A stretch of DNA of 64,000 nucleotides from Parcubacteria bacterium RAAC4_OD1_1 (GCA_000505065.1 AWSN01000001.1:132247-196246); one strand, 5' to 3'. Shown: positions 50,428-62,324, counted from the first letter of the stretch. Notes: generated by a model from the letters alone, not told the origin. Made by a program: numbers and translations.

Positions 50428-50562
50428 ATGGAAATAGTAAAGTTTTTTAATGAATTTTCACCAAGCAATTTTTTGGTCTTTTCAATAATTGTTGTAATTT
50501 TGTCTCTCATACTGTATTTAATATTACCTAAAAGAGATAAAAAACCTCCCAGTTCTTCTTGA
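50428..50562 (+). CDS. Possible 44-aa single-TM peptide
   Basis: MEIVKFFNEFSPSNFLVFSIIVVILSLILYLILPKRDKKPPSSS, ending in a terminator hairpin. Confidence 0.4.
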   Translation: MEIVKFFNEFSPSNFLVFSIIVVILSLILYLILPKRDKKPPSSS

Positions 50563-50584
50563 AAAAGAAGACTGGGAATTTTTG

Positions 50585-52315
50585 TTATATGAACAATCTC
50601 GCTATTCTTATATCTTCAAAACTCAGACTGTGTCCTTCTTTTTCTAATATTAATTTTATTGGATTTAATTTCCCCACTTCTTCCCCTTTCAATTTTTTAT
50701 TTACTTTTTTTACTAAGTCTATATTTTTCTGCGAAGGTTTAATATGAGAAATAATTGTTTCCGGATATTCTTTCATTATTTCTTCTATGTGGTGAGTGAT
50801 AGTACCTTGGGTAAGATTTCTTTCTTTTGCTATTTGTTTTATATTTTTTCCACTTTCCAATAATTCTTTGGTTACTAAAATGGTTGGGATTTTGGTGTCT
50901 ATAATTTTTCTTTTGCTTTTTCGGTGAGTTTTTGATGATGTGTCTAAAGTCCCACCCATTCTTTTTATAAAATCACTTTCCATTTTTTGTTGATCAGATT
51001 TATTTAGTTTACTAAAAACAATTTCATTTTCAGCACTTTCATTTTTTAATTCTTGATCAAATTTTAAAACTTCCGGATCTACTTTTAAAGCATTTTTATT
51101 TAAGCCTATCAATTTTATACCAGAAAGGGTCCGAACTCGAGAAAGAGCAACATACCCCATCCCATAAGCAAAGGTGCTTCTAAGGTCGATTTCTGCGTTA
51201 TCTAGGGACATTCCTTGGCTTTTGTGTATTGTTATGGCCCAGGCGAGGCGAAGTGGAAGCTGTGTTATGGAGGCTTTTATTTTGCCGTCTTCTTCTATAG
51301 CCCAAAGCATTGGGGTTATGGTCACAGTCTTACCGTTATATAGTTTTATTATTGGGTTATGGGTTTCAGGATCAAAATCTACCACTTTGCCTCGAGAGCC
51401 ATTTACATAACCACTTTCCATATTATTTTTAATACACATAATCTCGGCACCAATTTTTAGGCGAAGTTCTTCGTGGGCTAAACAACTTTTTTTCAAAATA
51501 TCAACAATGATATCATTTCCTTTAGAAGTCATATAATATATTTTTTCTTCAGCATCTATTTTTGAAAGTTCGGTGTGATTTTCATTGTCTACATTTACAT
51601 TGTGAGTATATAATTTTGTTGCTTTTTCATTATTATTTAATTTTGCGTCAATTCGTTTTTCTAAATATTTATAATGTTTATCTTCTGTATTATTGTCACG
51701 AATTGTATTTAATATTTCTGTTAAAATATTGTCTTCTTGTCTATGTTGCTCTGTTAAATAGCAAATTGCAGGATTTAATATTTTCCAAGCATCGCTTATA
51801 TAGACCATTTTTGTCCCACCAGTCGGACTGGTGGGATTACCCACTAGTCCGACTGGTGACTCTTCATATATTCGTTTTTCTACTGGTGGAAGCTGAAAGA
51901 AATCTCCAGAGAGTATTACTTGTAATCCACCAAAAGGTTTCTCTACTCTTTTAAATTTTCGGCAAACTTTTTCTATCATATCAAGTTGGTATCCATGAAG
52001 CATCGATATCTCATCTATTATTAGGACTCTGGCTTTCTCGAATCTGTTCCAGAGATATTTTTTCTCTTCGAGTTGATCAAGATCCCTTTCATCCATTTTG
52101 TTTTTAACACCTATCCCAGACCAGCCGTGTATAGTCATACCGTTCATATGAGTAGCGGCAATACCAGTCGAGGCCGTCACTGCGACAGCGATGTCGTGAT
52201 CTTGTAAATATGAAATGTATTGATTGAGTAAATATGTCTTACCAGAGCCTGCACTACCTGTCAGATAAATATTCACCCCAGTTTTCATAATTTTCAAAGC
52301 TTGTTCTTGGGTCAT
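50585..52315 (-). CDS. PIF1-family SF1B helicase with C-terminal HTH
   Basis: GSAGSGKT, IDEISM, GDFFQLPP, AWAITIHKSQG, YVALSR. Confidence 0.92.
   Translation of the reverse strand: MTQEQALKIMKTGVNIYLTGSAGSGKTYLLNQYISYLQDHDIAVAVTASTGIAATHMNGMTIHGWSGIGVKNKMDERDLDQLEEKKYLWNRFEKARVLIIDEISMLHGYQLDMIEKVCRKFKRVEKPFGGLQVILSGDFFQLPPVEKRIYEESPVGLVGNPTSPTGGTKMVYISDAWKILNPAICYLTEQHRQEDNILTEILNTIRDNNTEDKHYKYLEKRIDAKLNNNEKATKLYTHNVNVDNENHTELSKIDAEEKIYYMTSKGNDIIVDILKKSCLAHEELRLKIGAEIMCIKNNMESGYVNGSRGKVVDFDPETHNPIIKLYNGKTVTITPMLWAIEEDGKIKASITQLPLRLAWAITIHKSQGMSLDNAEIDLRSTFAYGMGYVALSRVRTLSGIKLIGLNKNALKVDPEVLKFDQELKNESAENEIVFSKLNKSDQQKMESDFIKRMGGTLDTSSKTHRKSKRKIIDTKIPTILVTKELLESGKNIKQIAKERNLTQGTITHHIEEIMKEYPETIISHIKPSQKNIDLVKKVNKKLKGEEVGKLNPIKLILEKEGHSLSFEDIRIARLFI
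51814..51858. repeat. Intragenic palindrome doublet in the helicase
   Basis: TCCCACCAGT-CGG-ACTGGTGGGA and CACTAGT-CCG-ACTGGTG in inverted orientation. Confidence 0.9.
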
Positions 52316-52333
52316 GTTTTTATTATATCAAAA

Positions 52334-53809
52334 TTATTTAGAATCTAAATCAAGAACTTCATCTATTCGAATTTGTTTTACAAATTCAGGAACATGGGAG
52401 ACTAGGATCATCGCTCCTTGATATTCGTCGAGCGCTTTGGCGATCACTGGTAAGTGACGGAAATTTATATGGTTTGTAGGTTCATCTAGAATAAGAAGAC
52501 CTGGCTTTTCAATCACTAGCTTTGCAAAAGAAACCAATCCTTTTTGACCTTCAGATAAACTTTCTATTTTTGTATTTATTATATCTCCGGTTATTAGAAA
52601 TGATGCAGCGATTGCTCTTACTTTTTCCTCTTCTATTTTCCCCGAGACACTCATCATTGCATTTTCGAGAGTTTCTAATACTGTTTCTTTAAAATTAAGA
52701 GTAGAGAAATCTTGCCTGTAATACCCTACTCGGATACCTTTGGCTATTTCACCTCCTATTGCTCTGTTGTTTGCTAAGGATTCAAGTAATGTACTTTTAC
52801 CAATACCATTAGGTCCTGAAAGTAATAAATGTTTATTTTTACGAAGCTTAATTTTAACTTTTTTTATAACTGGTTCGTGATTTTTTAATACAGAAACACT
52901 TGTTAGATTTAAAATATCCCCTATTAGATTTTCTTGAAATGGTATAATAAAATTTTTAATAGTTCTATCTTCTTTTCGAACATCAATTTTTTCTTCCTCT
53001 AATTCACTTGCGAGATCTCGCATTCTTTTAGCGACAGCTCGAAGATTTCCACCTTTCATTGCAAAAGCATTGGCTTGTTCTTTTTTTGCTTTTATTTCTT
53101 TTGAAAGTAATGCATTTTTTCTATTCTCGCGATCCATTCGGGCTGTGATTTGGTCTCTCACATCGGTATAATCCCCTACATATTGTTCTATTTTTTTAGT
53201 ATAAACATCAAGGTATAAGACTGCATCAGTAAAAGCATTCAAGAAATGAGCATCATGAGAAATTACAATAACCGTTTTTTTGTATTTAATTAAAAAGTCT
53301 GTTAGGTGCCTGATCCCCTCTTTGTCTAGATTATTTGTCGGCTCATCAAGCATTAGTATATCTGGCTCTATAATAAGAGCCGAAGCAAGTAATAGTCGTG
53401 CTTGTTGGCCACCAGAAAATGATCTTACAATTCTGTCATGTATTTTTTCGTGACCTTTTAGGTTTACAACTTCTAAAATATTATCAATCTTAGGATCTAT
53501 ATCGTAAACTTTTTCTTTAAAGCATTTCTGAAAAAAATCACGAACAGTTAAATCGAGTTCATTTTTAGGTATTACTTGTCTAGAAAGAGCAATAGTTGTT
53601 TTTTGGGCTAAGTGAATATCCCCTTCTTCTGGTTCTAATGTCCCATTTATAAGATTGAAAATTGTGCTTTTTCCTGCGCCATTTTGACCCATAATGGTGA
53701 CTTTCATACCACGACGAACAGAAAAGCTAACCTCATCTAAGATGGGTTTATTGTGACCATATAAAAACGAAACTTTTTCAAATCGTATTACTACTTCATT
53801 TGAGCTCAT
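52334..53809 (-). CDS. ABC-F family ATPase
   Basis: Two ABC domains (GQNGAGKS/DEPTNNLD; GPNGIGKS/DEPTNH), no TM. Confidence 0.92.
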   Translation of the reverse strand: MSSNEVVIRFEKVSFLYGHNKPILDEVSFSVRRGMKVTIMGQNGAGKSTIFNLINGTLEPEEGDIHLAQKTTIALSRQVIPKNELDLTVRDFFQKCFKEKVYDIDPKIDNILEVVNLKGHEKIHDRIVRSFSGGQQARLLLASALIIEPDILMLDEPTNNLDKEGIRHLTDFLIKYKKTVIVISHDAHFLNAFTDAVLYLDVYTKKIEQYVGDYTDVRDQITARMDRENRKNALLSKEIKAKKEQANAFAMKGGNLRAVAKRMRDLASELEEEKIDVRKEDRTIKNFIIPFQENLIGDILNLTSVSVLKNHEPVIKKVKIKLRKNKHLLLSGPNGIGKSTLLESLANNRAIGGEIAKGIRVGYYRQDFSTLNFKETVLETLENAMMSVSGKIEEEKVRAIAASFLITGDIINTKIESLSEGQKGLVSFAKLVIEKPGLLILDEPTNHINFRHLPVIAKALDEYQGAMILVSHVPEFVKQIRIDEVLDLDSK

Positions 53810-53873
53810 ATAGATGTATATACTACCTTAAATAAATTAAAAATCCAAACATTTTGTTTGGATTTTTAATTTA

Positions 53874-53933
53874 TTACTTCTTTGCCTTTTTTGGTTTCTT
53901 TGTTTCTTTTTTGTGAGTTACTCCTTTTGCCAT
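53874..53933 (-). CDS. Possible 19-aa Lys-rich peptide MAKGVTHKKETKKPKKAKK
   Basis: ATG, double TAA stop, followed by hairpin 53833-53873. Confidence 0.5.
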   Translation of the reverse strand: MAKGVTHKKETKKPKKAKK

Positions 53934-54026
53934 ATTTATTATTTATTTCGCCATAATTTTAATGACGATAAATTAATTTATTAATAATTTTTTAATTATA
54001 ACATTCTTAAGATAAAAAATAAATTT

Positions 54027-54407
54027 TTATTCTATGATTGTCCCCTGGAATATTATTGCATCATTTTGATATACTATAGCTTCGTTACCTTTATTCCAAA
54101 ATACGATACTTTCATTATAGTTTGTATATTTCGAACCATTAGTAGATAGAGATAGTGTTAATTTTTCTTCAATTATATTTCCATAATTTAAAGTCAATAT
54201 TTTTCCATCTCTAGAGACTTTTACTGTCAATTCTTTATCTGTTAATTCTTCTTTGAAAGTAAAAATGAATTCTTCTAATAATTGATTTTTTGTATTATTT
54301 AAATTATTTGTTTGAAGATTTTCACCTCTTTTAATAAAATATATAAGTCCTAAAACAAGAAGGACAACAACAAATACTGATATTATAGTTTTTTTATTTA
54401 TATTCAT
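54027..54407 (-). CDS. MliC/PliC-like lysozyme-inhibitor domain protein
   Basis: STNGSKY...VFWNKGNEA signature; N-terminal TM. Confidence 0.75.
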   Translation of the reverse strand: MNINKKTIISVFVVVLLVLGLIYFIKRGENLQTNNLNNTKNQLLEEFIFTFKEELTDKELTVKVSRDGKILTLNYGNIIEEKLTLSLSTNGSKYTNYNESIVFWNKGNEAIVYQNDAIIFQGTIIE

Positions 54408-54497
54408 ATTTATTTTTTTAAATTATTTTTATATTTAAATGATAACTCATATAATTAAATAAAACAAATCCCTGATCAAAGCCAGGGATTTATTTTA

Positions 54498-54944
54498 TTA
54501 TTTTTGATATTTTTTATTCTTCCATTTATCAGCAATTTTTACACGAGTAAGAGATCTTTCTAATTCTGTTTCAAAATGCTCATAGTCAACGACTTCTTTA
54601 TTAAGAGCTTGTTTTCTTAACTCCTCTGCTTTTTGTTTAGCTTTTTCAATCATTTCTTCGGTTATTTCTCCGACATTTTCTGCAAAATCTGCTAAAATAG
54701 CAACTTCTGTTTCTTTGTTTTCGTTATTTTTAACTTCTACGAACCCACCAACCAAAGCTATTGGAATCTCTCCTTCTTTATTTCTAGCAACAATATCTCC
54801 TGAAGCTAATCCTGATACTAGAGGAATGTGATCTGGGAGAATAGTTATCTCCCCTTCTGTGGTCGGAACGGTTACAGAAAAAACATCTTCTTCTAAAATA
54901 AGTTTTTCTGGGGTGACTATTTTTAATTTTAATTGTTTTGACAT
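54498..54944 (-). CDS. atpC: ATP synthase epsilon
   Basis: IVTPEK, GEITILPDH, GGFVEV. Confidence 0.95.
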   Translation of the reverse strand: MSKQLKLKIVTPEKLILEEDVFSVTVPTTEGEITILPDHIPLVSGLASGDIVARNKEGEIPIALVGGFVEVKNNENKETEVAILADFAENVGEITEEMIEKAKQKAEELRKQALNKEVVDYEHFETELERSLTRVKIADKWKNKKYQK

Positions 54945-54956
54945 AATGTTTGATTT

Positions 54957-56357
<1,401 letters not shown>

Positions 56358-56460
56358 TTATGAAAAAATGTCTGACACCGGTTTCTATTCCCACACGCCC
56401 CTAGACTTTTTTCAGAATATAATTTGTGTAGCCTTTTCTAATAATTTTTTAATAATAATT

Positions 56461-57369
56461 TTATTCGATTGACGTCATCCCCGCACTAATCTCAGATATT
56501 TCCTGAGTGATGCCTGCTTGACGAGCCTTGTTAAACATTAATGTTAACCCCCCTATCATTTCACCTGCTGCTTCACTTGCATTTTTCATTGCCATCATTC
56601 TGCTTGATTGTTCACTAGCACTTGATTCAAGTATCATTTGGTATATTTGCATTTTTGTCAATTTCTCTGCTAATGATTCAATTAATTTACCAGTATCTCC
56701 TTCAAATAAATATGGAATTATTTCTTTTTTATCTTCTAAATTTTTTTGTTTATCTTTATTTTCTCCTACGCTATCTATAAATTCTTTTATTTCTGTTTTT
56801 GAGATTGGTAAAAGTTTTTTTATTTGAGCTTTTTGAGTTAGAGCTGAAACAAAGTCTGTGTAAGCGATATAAATATTTTTGTAATTTTCTTTTTTATATT
56901 CGTCTATTATTAGTTTGGATACTGGATTTATATCAGATAAATTACTATTGTCTGGTAGATCTATGAATGAAGCTATAACATTTTGGCCTATTCTTCTCAT
57001 TGCATTATCTCCTTTTTTTCCAATTGTTATTATGTCTAAATTATTTCCACTTCTTTCTTTTATCATTAAAAGTGTCTTTTTTATAACTTGAGAATTATAT
57101 GCTCCACAAAGTCCACCATTTGAGGTTATAAGTATAAGTAAATCTTTATCTTTATTATTTTCAATAAAAAATGGATGTGTTATTTCTTCTAATCTGCCTG
57201 ATAACGAAACAAGAAGATCCCAAGAATAACCCGCATACAAACGAGAAGAAAGAGCTCTAGAAACGGATCTTTTCATCTTAGAAGCAGCCACAAGCTCCAT
57301 CGCTTTCGTGATTTTCTTTGTGTTTTTCACACTTCTTATTCTTTGTTTTATTTCTTTTGTTCCTGCCAT
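56461..57369 (-). CDS. atpG: ATP synthase gamma
   Basis: KITKAMELVAA, GLCGAYN, RQAGITQEISEI. Confidence 0.97.
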   Translation of the reverse strand: MAGTKEIKQRIRSVKNTKKITKAMELVAASKMKRSVSRALSSRLYAGYSWDLLVSLSGRLEEITHPFFIENNKDKDLLILITSNGGLCGAYNSQVIKKTLLMIKERSGNNLDIITIGKKGDNAMRRIGQNVIASFIDLPDNSNLSDINPVSKLIIDEYKKENYKNIYIAYTDFVSALTQKAQIKKLLPISKTEIKEFIDSVGENKDKQKNLEDKKEIIPYLFEGDTGKLIESLAEKLTKMQIYQMILESSASEQSSRMMAMKNASEAAGEMIGGLTLMFNKARQAGITQEISEISAGMTSIE

Positions 57370-57371
57370 AT

Positions 57372-58874
57372 TTATTTATTAAAACTTGCAATATATTCTT
57401 CTATTACTTTTTTAATTTCTGCTTCACCAGCATCGGTCCACATTTTACTTTCAGTAATTTCTTTCATAAACACTTTTGCATTTCTTTCTGCATATTCAAT
57501 AAGTCCACTTTCAAATTCTTTTATTTTATCAAGCGGAATGTTGTCTGTGTAGCCTCTTGTTAAAGCATAAAGAATCACAACTTGTTTTTCTGTGGCAACA
57601 GGAGAATATTGAGGTTGCTTTAAGATTTCTACAGCTCTTTTACCACGCTCGAGTTGCTTTTTTGTTCCTTCGTCTAAATCAGAACCGAATTGGGAGAAGG
57701 CTTCAAGCTCACGGAATGATGCAAGGTCAAGCTTCAAAGTCCCAGCCACTTTTTTCATAGCTTTAATTTGAGCAGAAGACCCCACACGAGAAACTGAAAG
57801 TCCTACGTTTACTGCAGGGCGGATTCCTTTATAAAACAAATCAGTTTCTAAAAATATTTGACCATCAGTAATAGAAATAACATTTGTAGGAATATATGCA
57901 GACACATCACCAGCTTGAGTCTCAATTATTGGAAGAGCTGTGATTGATCCACCACCATATTCTTTATTTCTTCTACAAGCTCTTTCTAGAAGTCTTGAGT
58001 GTAAATAGAAAACATCTCCAGGAAAGGCTTCACGACCTGGTGGACGACGAAGTAGAAGTGATATTTCACGATAAGCAACTGCGTGCTTTGAAAGATCATC
58101 ATAAATTATAAGTACATCTTTACCTTGATCCATAAAATATTCAGCAATAGAAACTCCTGTATAAGGAGCAATGTATGCAAGAGGTGCTGGTTCTCCAGCT
58201 CCAGCTGATACAATAATTGTATAATCCATCGCCCCACCTTCTTCTAAACGAGTTTGCAATTTACGAAGCTTAGAATCTTTTTGACCAATCGATACATAAA
58301 CACATATCATATTCTGCCCTTTTTGATTAAGTATTGTGTCAATTGCGATAGCGGTCTTACCTGTCTGACGGTCACCAATTATAAGCTCACGTTGTCCACG
58401 TCCAATTGGAATAAGAGCATCAATTGCTTTAATACCTGTTTGGACTGGCTGATCCACTGAAAGACGGGTCACAACCCCAGGGGCAACTTTTTCTATAGGA
58501 TTTCTTGTTTCAGTTTTAATATCACCTTTTCCATCTATTGGTTCCCCAAGTGCATTTAATACTCTACCTATTTGTTTATCTGAAACTGGAACAGAAAGAA
58601 TTTGCCCTGTAGCACGAACTTCTTCTCCTTCTTTAATTTTTGAAAATTCACCTAAAATAATAACTCCAACTGAATCTTCTTCTAGGTTTAGAGCCACACC
58701 CATAGCCCCACTTTCAAACGTCACCATTTCTGATGCTTTCAACTCTGAAAGACCAGAAACTTTGGAAATTCCATCAAAAACTTCAATAACGTGACCAATT
58801 TTTTCTGTTTTTGTGTCTGCTTGAAACTTTTCTATTTGTTTTCTTAAATTTTCTACAATGTAATTCTTTGTCAT
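57372..58874 (-). CDS. atpA: ATP synthase alpha
   Basis: [20 protein letters not shown]. Confidence 0.98.
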   Translation of the reverse strand: MTKNYIVENLRKQIEKFQADTKTEKIGHVIEVFDGISKVSGLSELKASEMVTFESGAMGVALNLEEDSVGVIILGEFSKIKEGEEVRATGQILSVPVSDKQIGRVLNALGEPIDGKGDIKTETRNPIEKVAPGVVTRLSVDQPVQTGIKAIDALIPIGRGQRELIIGDRQTGKTAIAIDTILNQKGQNMICVYVSIGQKDSKLRKLQTRLEEGGAMDYTIIVSAGAGEPAPLAYIAPYTGVSIAEYFMDQGKDVLIIYDDLSKHAVAYREISLLLRRPPGREAFPGDVFYLHSRLLERACRRNKEYGGGSITALPIIETQAGDVSAYIPTNVISITDGQIFLETDLFYKGIRPAVNVGLSVSRVGSSAQIKAMKKVAGTLKLDLASFRELEAFSQFGSDLDEGTKKQLERGKRAVEILKQPQYSPVATEKQVVILYALTRGYTDNIPLDKIKEFESGLIEYAERNAKVFMKEITESKMWTDAGEAEIKKVIEEYIASFNK

Positions 58875-58878
58875 AAAG

Positions 58879-59286
58879 TTAATTTGTTATTAAATAATTT
58901 TGTAATTGATGCAATTTATTTTTTAAAGTTAAGTCTATTATTTCATCACCTATTTCTATTCTAATTCCTCCTAAAATATTCTTTTCCTCTAATTTTTCTA
59001 TTTGTATATCTTTTGCTCTGTATTTTTCTTTAATATATTTTTCTAATTCTTTTTCTTCTTTGTCTCCTAATTTATCTCTTGTATAAACTTTCATTTTGAT
59101 AATTCCTTCTTCTTTATCTTTTATTTCCTCTAATTTTTTTAAGATATCTTCTTTTTTACTGAGCAGATTTTTATTTTTTAAAAATTCTACAATATTTTTG
59201 ATGGCTAAATCTAAATCATTTCCATTTTTATCTTTGATGGATTCATAAATTGCGTTTGATATATTGTTAATGGAAATTTTAGCCAT
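58879..59286 (-). CDS. atpH: ATP synthase delta (short)
   Basis: [15 protein letters not shown]; operon position. Confidence 0.9.
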   Translation of the reverse strand: MAKISINNISNAIYESIKDKNGNDLDLAIKNIVEFLKNKNLLSKKEDILKKLEEIKDKEEGIIKMKVYTRDKLGDKEEKELEKYIKEKYRAKDIQIEKLEEKNILGGIRIEIGDEIIDLTLKNKLHQLQNYLITN

Positions 59287-59291
59287 ATAAT

Positions 59292-59783
59292 TTATATTTT
59301 CTTTATTTGTTCTAATGTTTTTTCGTCAAAATTTTTAGTATTTGTAGATTCTAATAATTTCTCTGTTGAGAGTACTACAAGAGAAACTATTTCTTTTTTG
59401 GCCTCCTCAATCATTTTTGTTTTTTCTGATTCTAATAATTTCTTACCACTTGTGATTATCTGTTCTACTTCTTTACCAGCTTCCTCTAACATTTCCTTCT
59501 TTTTAGTCATTGCTTCTTCTTTTCCTTCCTTAAATATTATATGAGCTTCTTCTTTAGCTTTTGATATTATTGCCTCATATTCTTTTTGAGTATTTTTAAT
59601 TAATTCAGCATTTTTGTTTGCATTTTCTATGCCACCTTCTATTTTTTCTGTTCTTTCTTTCATAACCTTTTTTAAGGGCTTAAGTGCTAAGAAATACAAA
59701 ACAAAAAGTACAACAATAAAGTTAATCGCTTGAGCGATTATAATCTGCCAATCTATGTGAAATGTAGTAATAAATGAATCCAT
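59292..59783 (-). CDS. atpF: ATP synthase subunit b
   Basis: QAINF TM then coiled coil; start at MDSF. Confidence 0.93.
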   Translation of the reverse strand: MDSFITTFHIDWQIIIAQAINFIVVLFVLYFLALKPLKKVMKERTEKIEGGIENANKNAELIKNTQKEYEAIISKAKEEAHIIFKEGKEEAMTKKKEMLEEAGKEVEQIITSGKKLLESEKTKMIEEAKKEIVSLVVLSTEKLLESTNTKNFDEKTLEQIKKI

Positions 59784-59898
59784 GTTTTTAAGATTACTAA
59801 TTAATAATTTATCCAATAACTAATTTTATTTTAAAGAAGCTTTTGCTCCTTACTCCTAGTCATTTGTTTTGCAACTGACTAGATGTAAATAGCAAAGA

Positions 59899-60117
<219 letters not shown>

Positions 60118-60150
60118 TTATTTTTTAACTAATAATGTTTGACCTTTAAA

Positions 60151-61113
60151 TTAATGTGCACCTTCTAATTCGTGTTTATTTTCTTGGTGCTTTTCTTGGT
60201 GTTCTTCATGCTCATGATCTTGACTAGCAATAGTATAATAAACCAATGTAAGTATAGCAAATATAAATGCTTGTATTACTCCTACAAAAACTTCAAGTAG
60301 TAAAAATGGTGTAGGTAGTATATAAGCGAGCATTGCTCCCATAGACGCAAGTAGAACTTCTCCTGCAAAAACATTACCAAAAAGACGAAATGAAAGTGAT
60401 GCTATTTTTGCAAACTCTCCAATTAGCTCCAAAAATCCAACAGCAAACATTATGGGAGCTGTCATTAAAATCATTGGATCTTTTTTAATTTTAGTAAAAA
60501 TACTACCAAGTGCATTTAAATTTATAAATTTATTTATAGTTTTCCATAGTCCTATTGAGAGTATACCAAATATATTTGCTCCAAGAACAGAAAGGATTGC
60601 AAGAGGAAGTGTACCATTTATGTCTGCTGTCCCACTTCTTATAATGGGAATAAACATTTTACCGTGTTCTCCATTTTCTATAAGACCAAAACCTCCAAAA
60701 GGAAACATTCCAAGCCAATTGTTTAAAAGAACAAAAAGAAATATTGTAAAAACAATCGGAAAAGCTTTGTTTGTTATTTTTCTATCCCCTGTCACCTGAT
60801 CACAAAGTGATTCTGCTCCTTCTATGACAAATTCAAAGAAATTTTGTATCCCTTTTGGTATTTGTTTAATTTTAATTTTTATTATTATGGAAATAATTAT
60901 TAAAATAGCAACAACTATCCAACTTGTAAAAAGTGCATTTGTAACAGTAAAATTACCTATATGAAATATTGGTTCTGCATAAAGTGTTGCTTCATGACTT
61001 ATTTCTTCATTAGAAGAATTGGTTTCAATTTCTAAATTATACTCATTTGATATAACATCTTTATGAGTTTCAATATTTTTTTCTGTATTTTGTGTTTCGT
61101 ATTCTGTTGTCAT
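60151..61113 (-). CDS. atpB: ATP synthase subunit a
   Basis: NWLG, SLSFRLFGNVFAGE, IQAFIF; His/Glu-rich tail. Confidence 0.96.
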   Translation of the reverse strand: MTTEYETQNTEKNIETHKDVISNEYNLEIETNSSNEEISHEATLYAEPIFHIGNFTVTNALFTSWIVVAILIIISIIIKIKIKQIPKGIQNFFEFVIEGAESLCDQVTGDRKITNKAFPIVFTIFLFVLLNNWLGMFPFGGFGLIENGEHGKMFIPIIRSGTADINGTLPLAILSVLGANIFGILSIGLWKTINKFINLNALGSIFTKIKKDPMILMTAPIMFAVGFLELIGEFAKIASLSFRLFGNVFAGEVLLASMGAMLAYILPTPFLLLEVFVGVIQAFIFAILTLVYYTIASQDHEHEEHQEKHQENKHELEGAH

Positions 61114-61114
61114 T

Positions 61115-61387
61115 TTATTTTTCTTTAAATTTTTCTTCTATTTTTGAAGATATATCCAATTTCTTTTTATAAATTTTCATTTCTTTCCAAATTAAATAAA
61201 TAGTTACAAAGAATGATATTCCTATACAAATAAAAAAGAATAAATTACCAGTGTTTCTTTTTTCATCTAAATATTTACCTAAAAATGAAGCTAAAATAAC
61301 AGGGACTGATATATAGGCAGATACTCTACCAAACACCAAGACCCCATCTCTCCACCAAGGTTTATTGTTTTCTTGTAAAGGATTCAT
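61115..61387 (-). CDS. AtpZ/AtpI family protein
   Basis: GKYLD motif, two TM, first gene of the atp operon. Confidence 0.82.
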   Translation of the reverse strand: MNPLQENNKPWWRDGVLVFGRVSAYISVPVILASFLGKYLDEKRNTGNLFFFICIGISFFVTIYLIWKEMKIYKKKLDISSKIEEKFKEK

Positions 61388-61488
61388 AAAAAGAAAATGG
61401 CTGAAAGCCAGTTATAATATATCAAATTATTGCGATATTTTCAAGTTTTTGCTATATTTATATTATTCTCAATTTTTTGAGTATATAT

Positions 61489-61560
61489 GCGTGTGTAGTT
61501 CAGTGGTAGAACGCTGTCCTGATAAGACAGAGGTCCTTGGTCCGATTCCAAGCACACGCA
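61489..61560 (+). tRNA. tRNA-Ile(GAT)
   Basis: GCGTGTG/CACACGC, CTGTC-CTGATAA-GACAG; T-loop TCCGATT. Confidence 0.9.
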
Positions 61561-61561
61561 C

Positions 61562-61600
61562 AAAAATAAAACACTCAGTATAACTGAGTGTTTTATTTTT
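61562..61600. terminator. Bidirectional terminator
   Basis: AAAAATAAAACACTCAGT-ATA-ACTGAGTGTTTTATTTTT. Confidence 0.75.
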
Positions 61601-61613
61601 TAAAGATGTATTA

Positions 61614-61874
61614 TTATCTTCGTGGTTCCATTGGACGAGCTTCGTTGACTGTAAGATTACGTCCTTCGAAGTCTTTACCGTTGAACATAGAGATAGCATT
61701 GTCTGCATCTGTGTCATTGTCGAATTCTACGAATCCGAAACCTTTTGAACGGTTGGTCATCTTATCCATGATAATAGTTGCTGATGAGACCTCACCTGCA
61801 GCACTAAAATGAGCTTTTAACTCATCGTTAGTAGTCTTATAAGGAAGACCACCAACATATAACTTTTTTGCCAT
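61614..61874 (-). CDS. RRM RNA-binding protein
   Basis: RNP2 LYVGGL, RNP1 KGFGFVEF, VNEARP. Confidence 0.95.
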   Translation of the reverse strand: MAKKLYVGGLPYKTTNDELKAHFSAAGEVSSATIIMDKMTNRSKGFGFVEFDNDTDADNAISMFNGKDFEGRNLTVNEARPMEPRR

Positions 61875-62093
61875 ATATGACAATGTGCTTCTTGTAAATG
61901 TACATTCATACAATTACTCGAAGAAAACTAATTTATAAATGTAATCGTATTATCTCGATTTCATTTACATACCTCAATGTTTTAAATACACGAAGAATGC
62001 AACTAACCAAAACACTTAACAACTACTTAATATATTATATCACACATTCAAATAAAAAACAAACCCCTTAAACAAGTTTAAGGGGTTATATTT

Positions 62094-62324
62094 TTAAGCG
62101 CATATTTTCTCGTTATTTTTCCTTTTTTCTGGAGGAAATAATGAAAAAAGATTTATGAATGTGTAGAACATTGATACCAAAATTCCCATTATGGAAACAA
62201 CCGGAATCCAATCGCTTTCCAGTAATTTGATATCAATAACATTTGTTTCGTTATTAAACATTAAAACAATGAATAATACTAAACAAAATAAACTTAAAAT
62301 AAAAAGTAAAATTTTTTTTATCAT
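62094..62324 (-). CDS. Small two-TM protein
   Basis: Hydrophobic 76 aa. Confidence 0.55.
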   Translation of the reverse strand: MIKKILLFILSLFCLVLFIVLMFNNETNVIDIKLLESDWIPVVSIMGILVSMFYTFINLFSLFPPEKRKNNEKICA

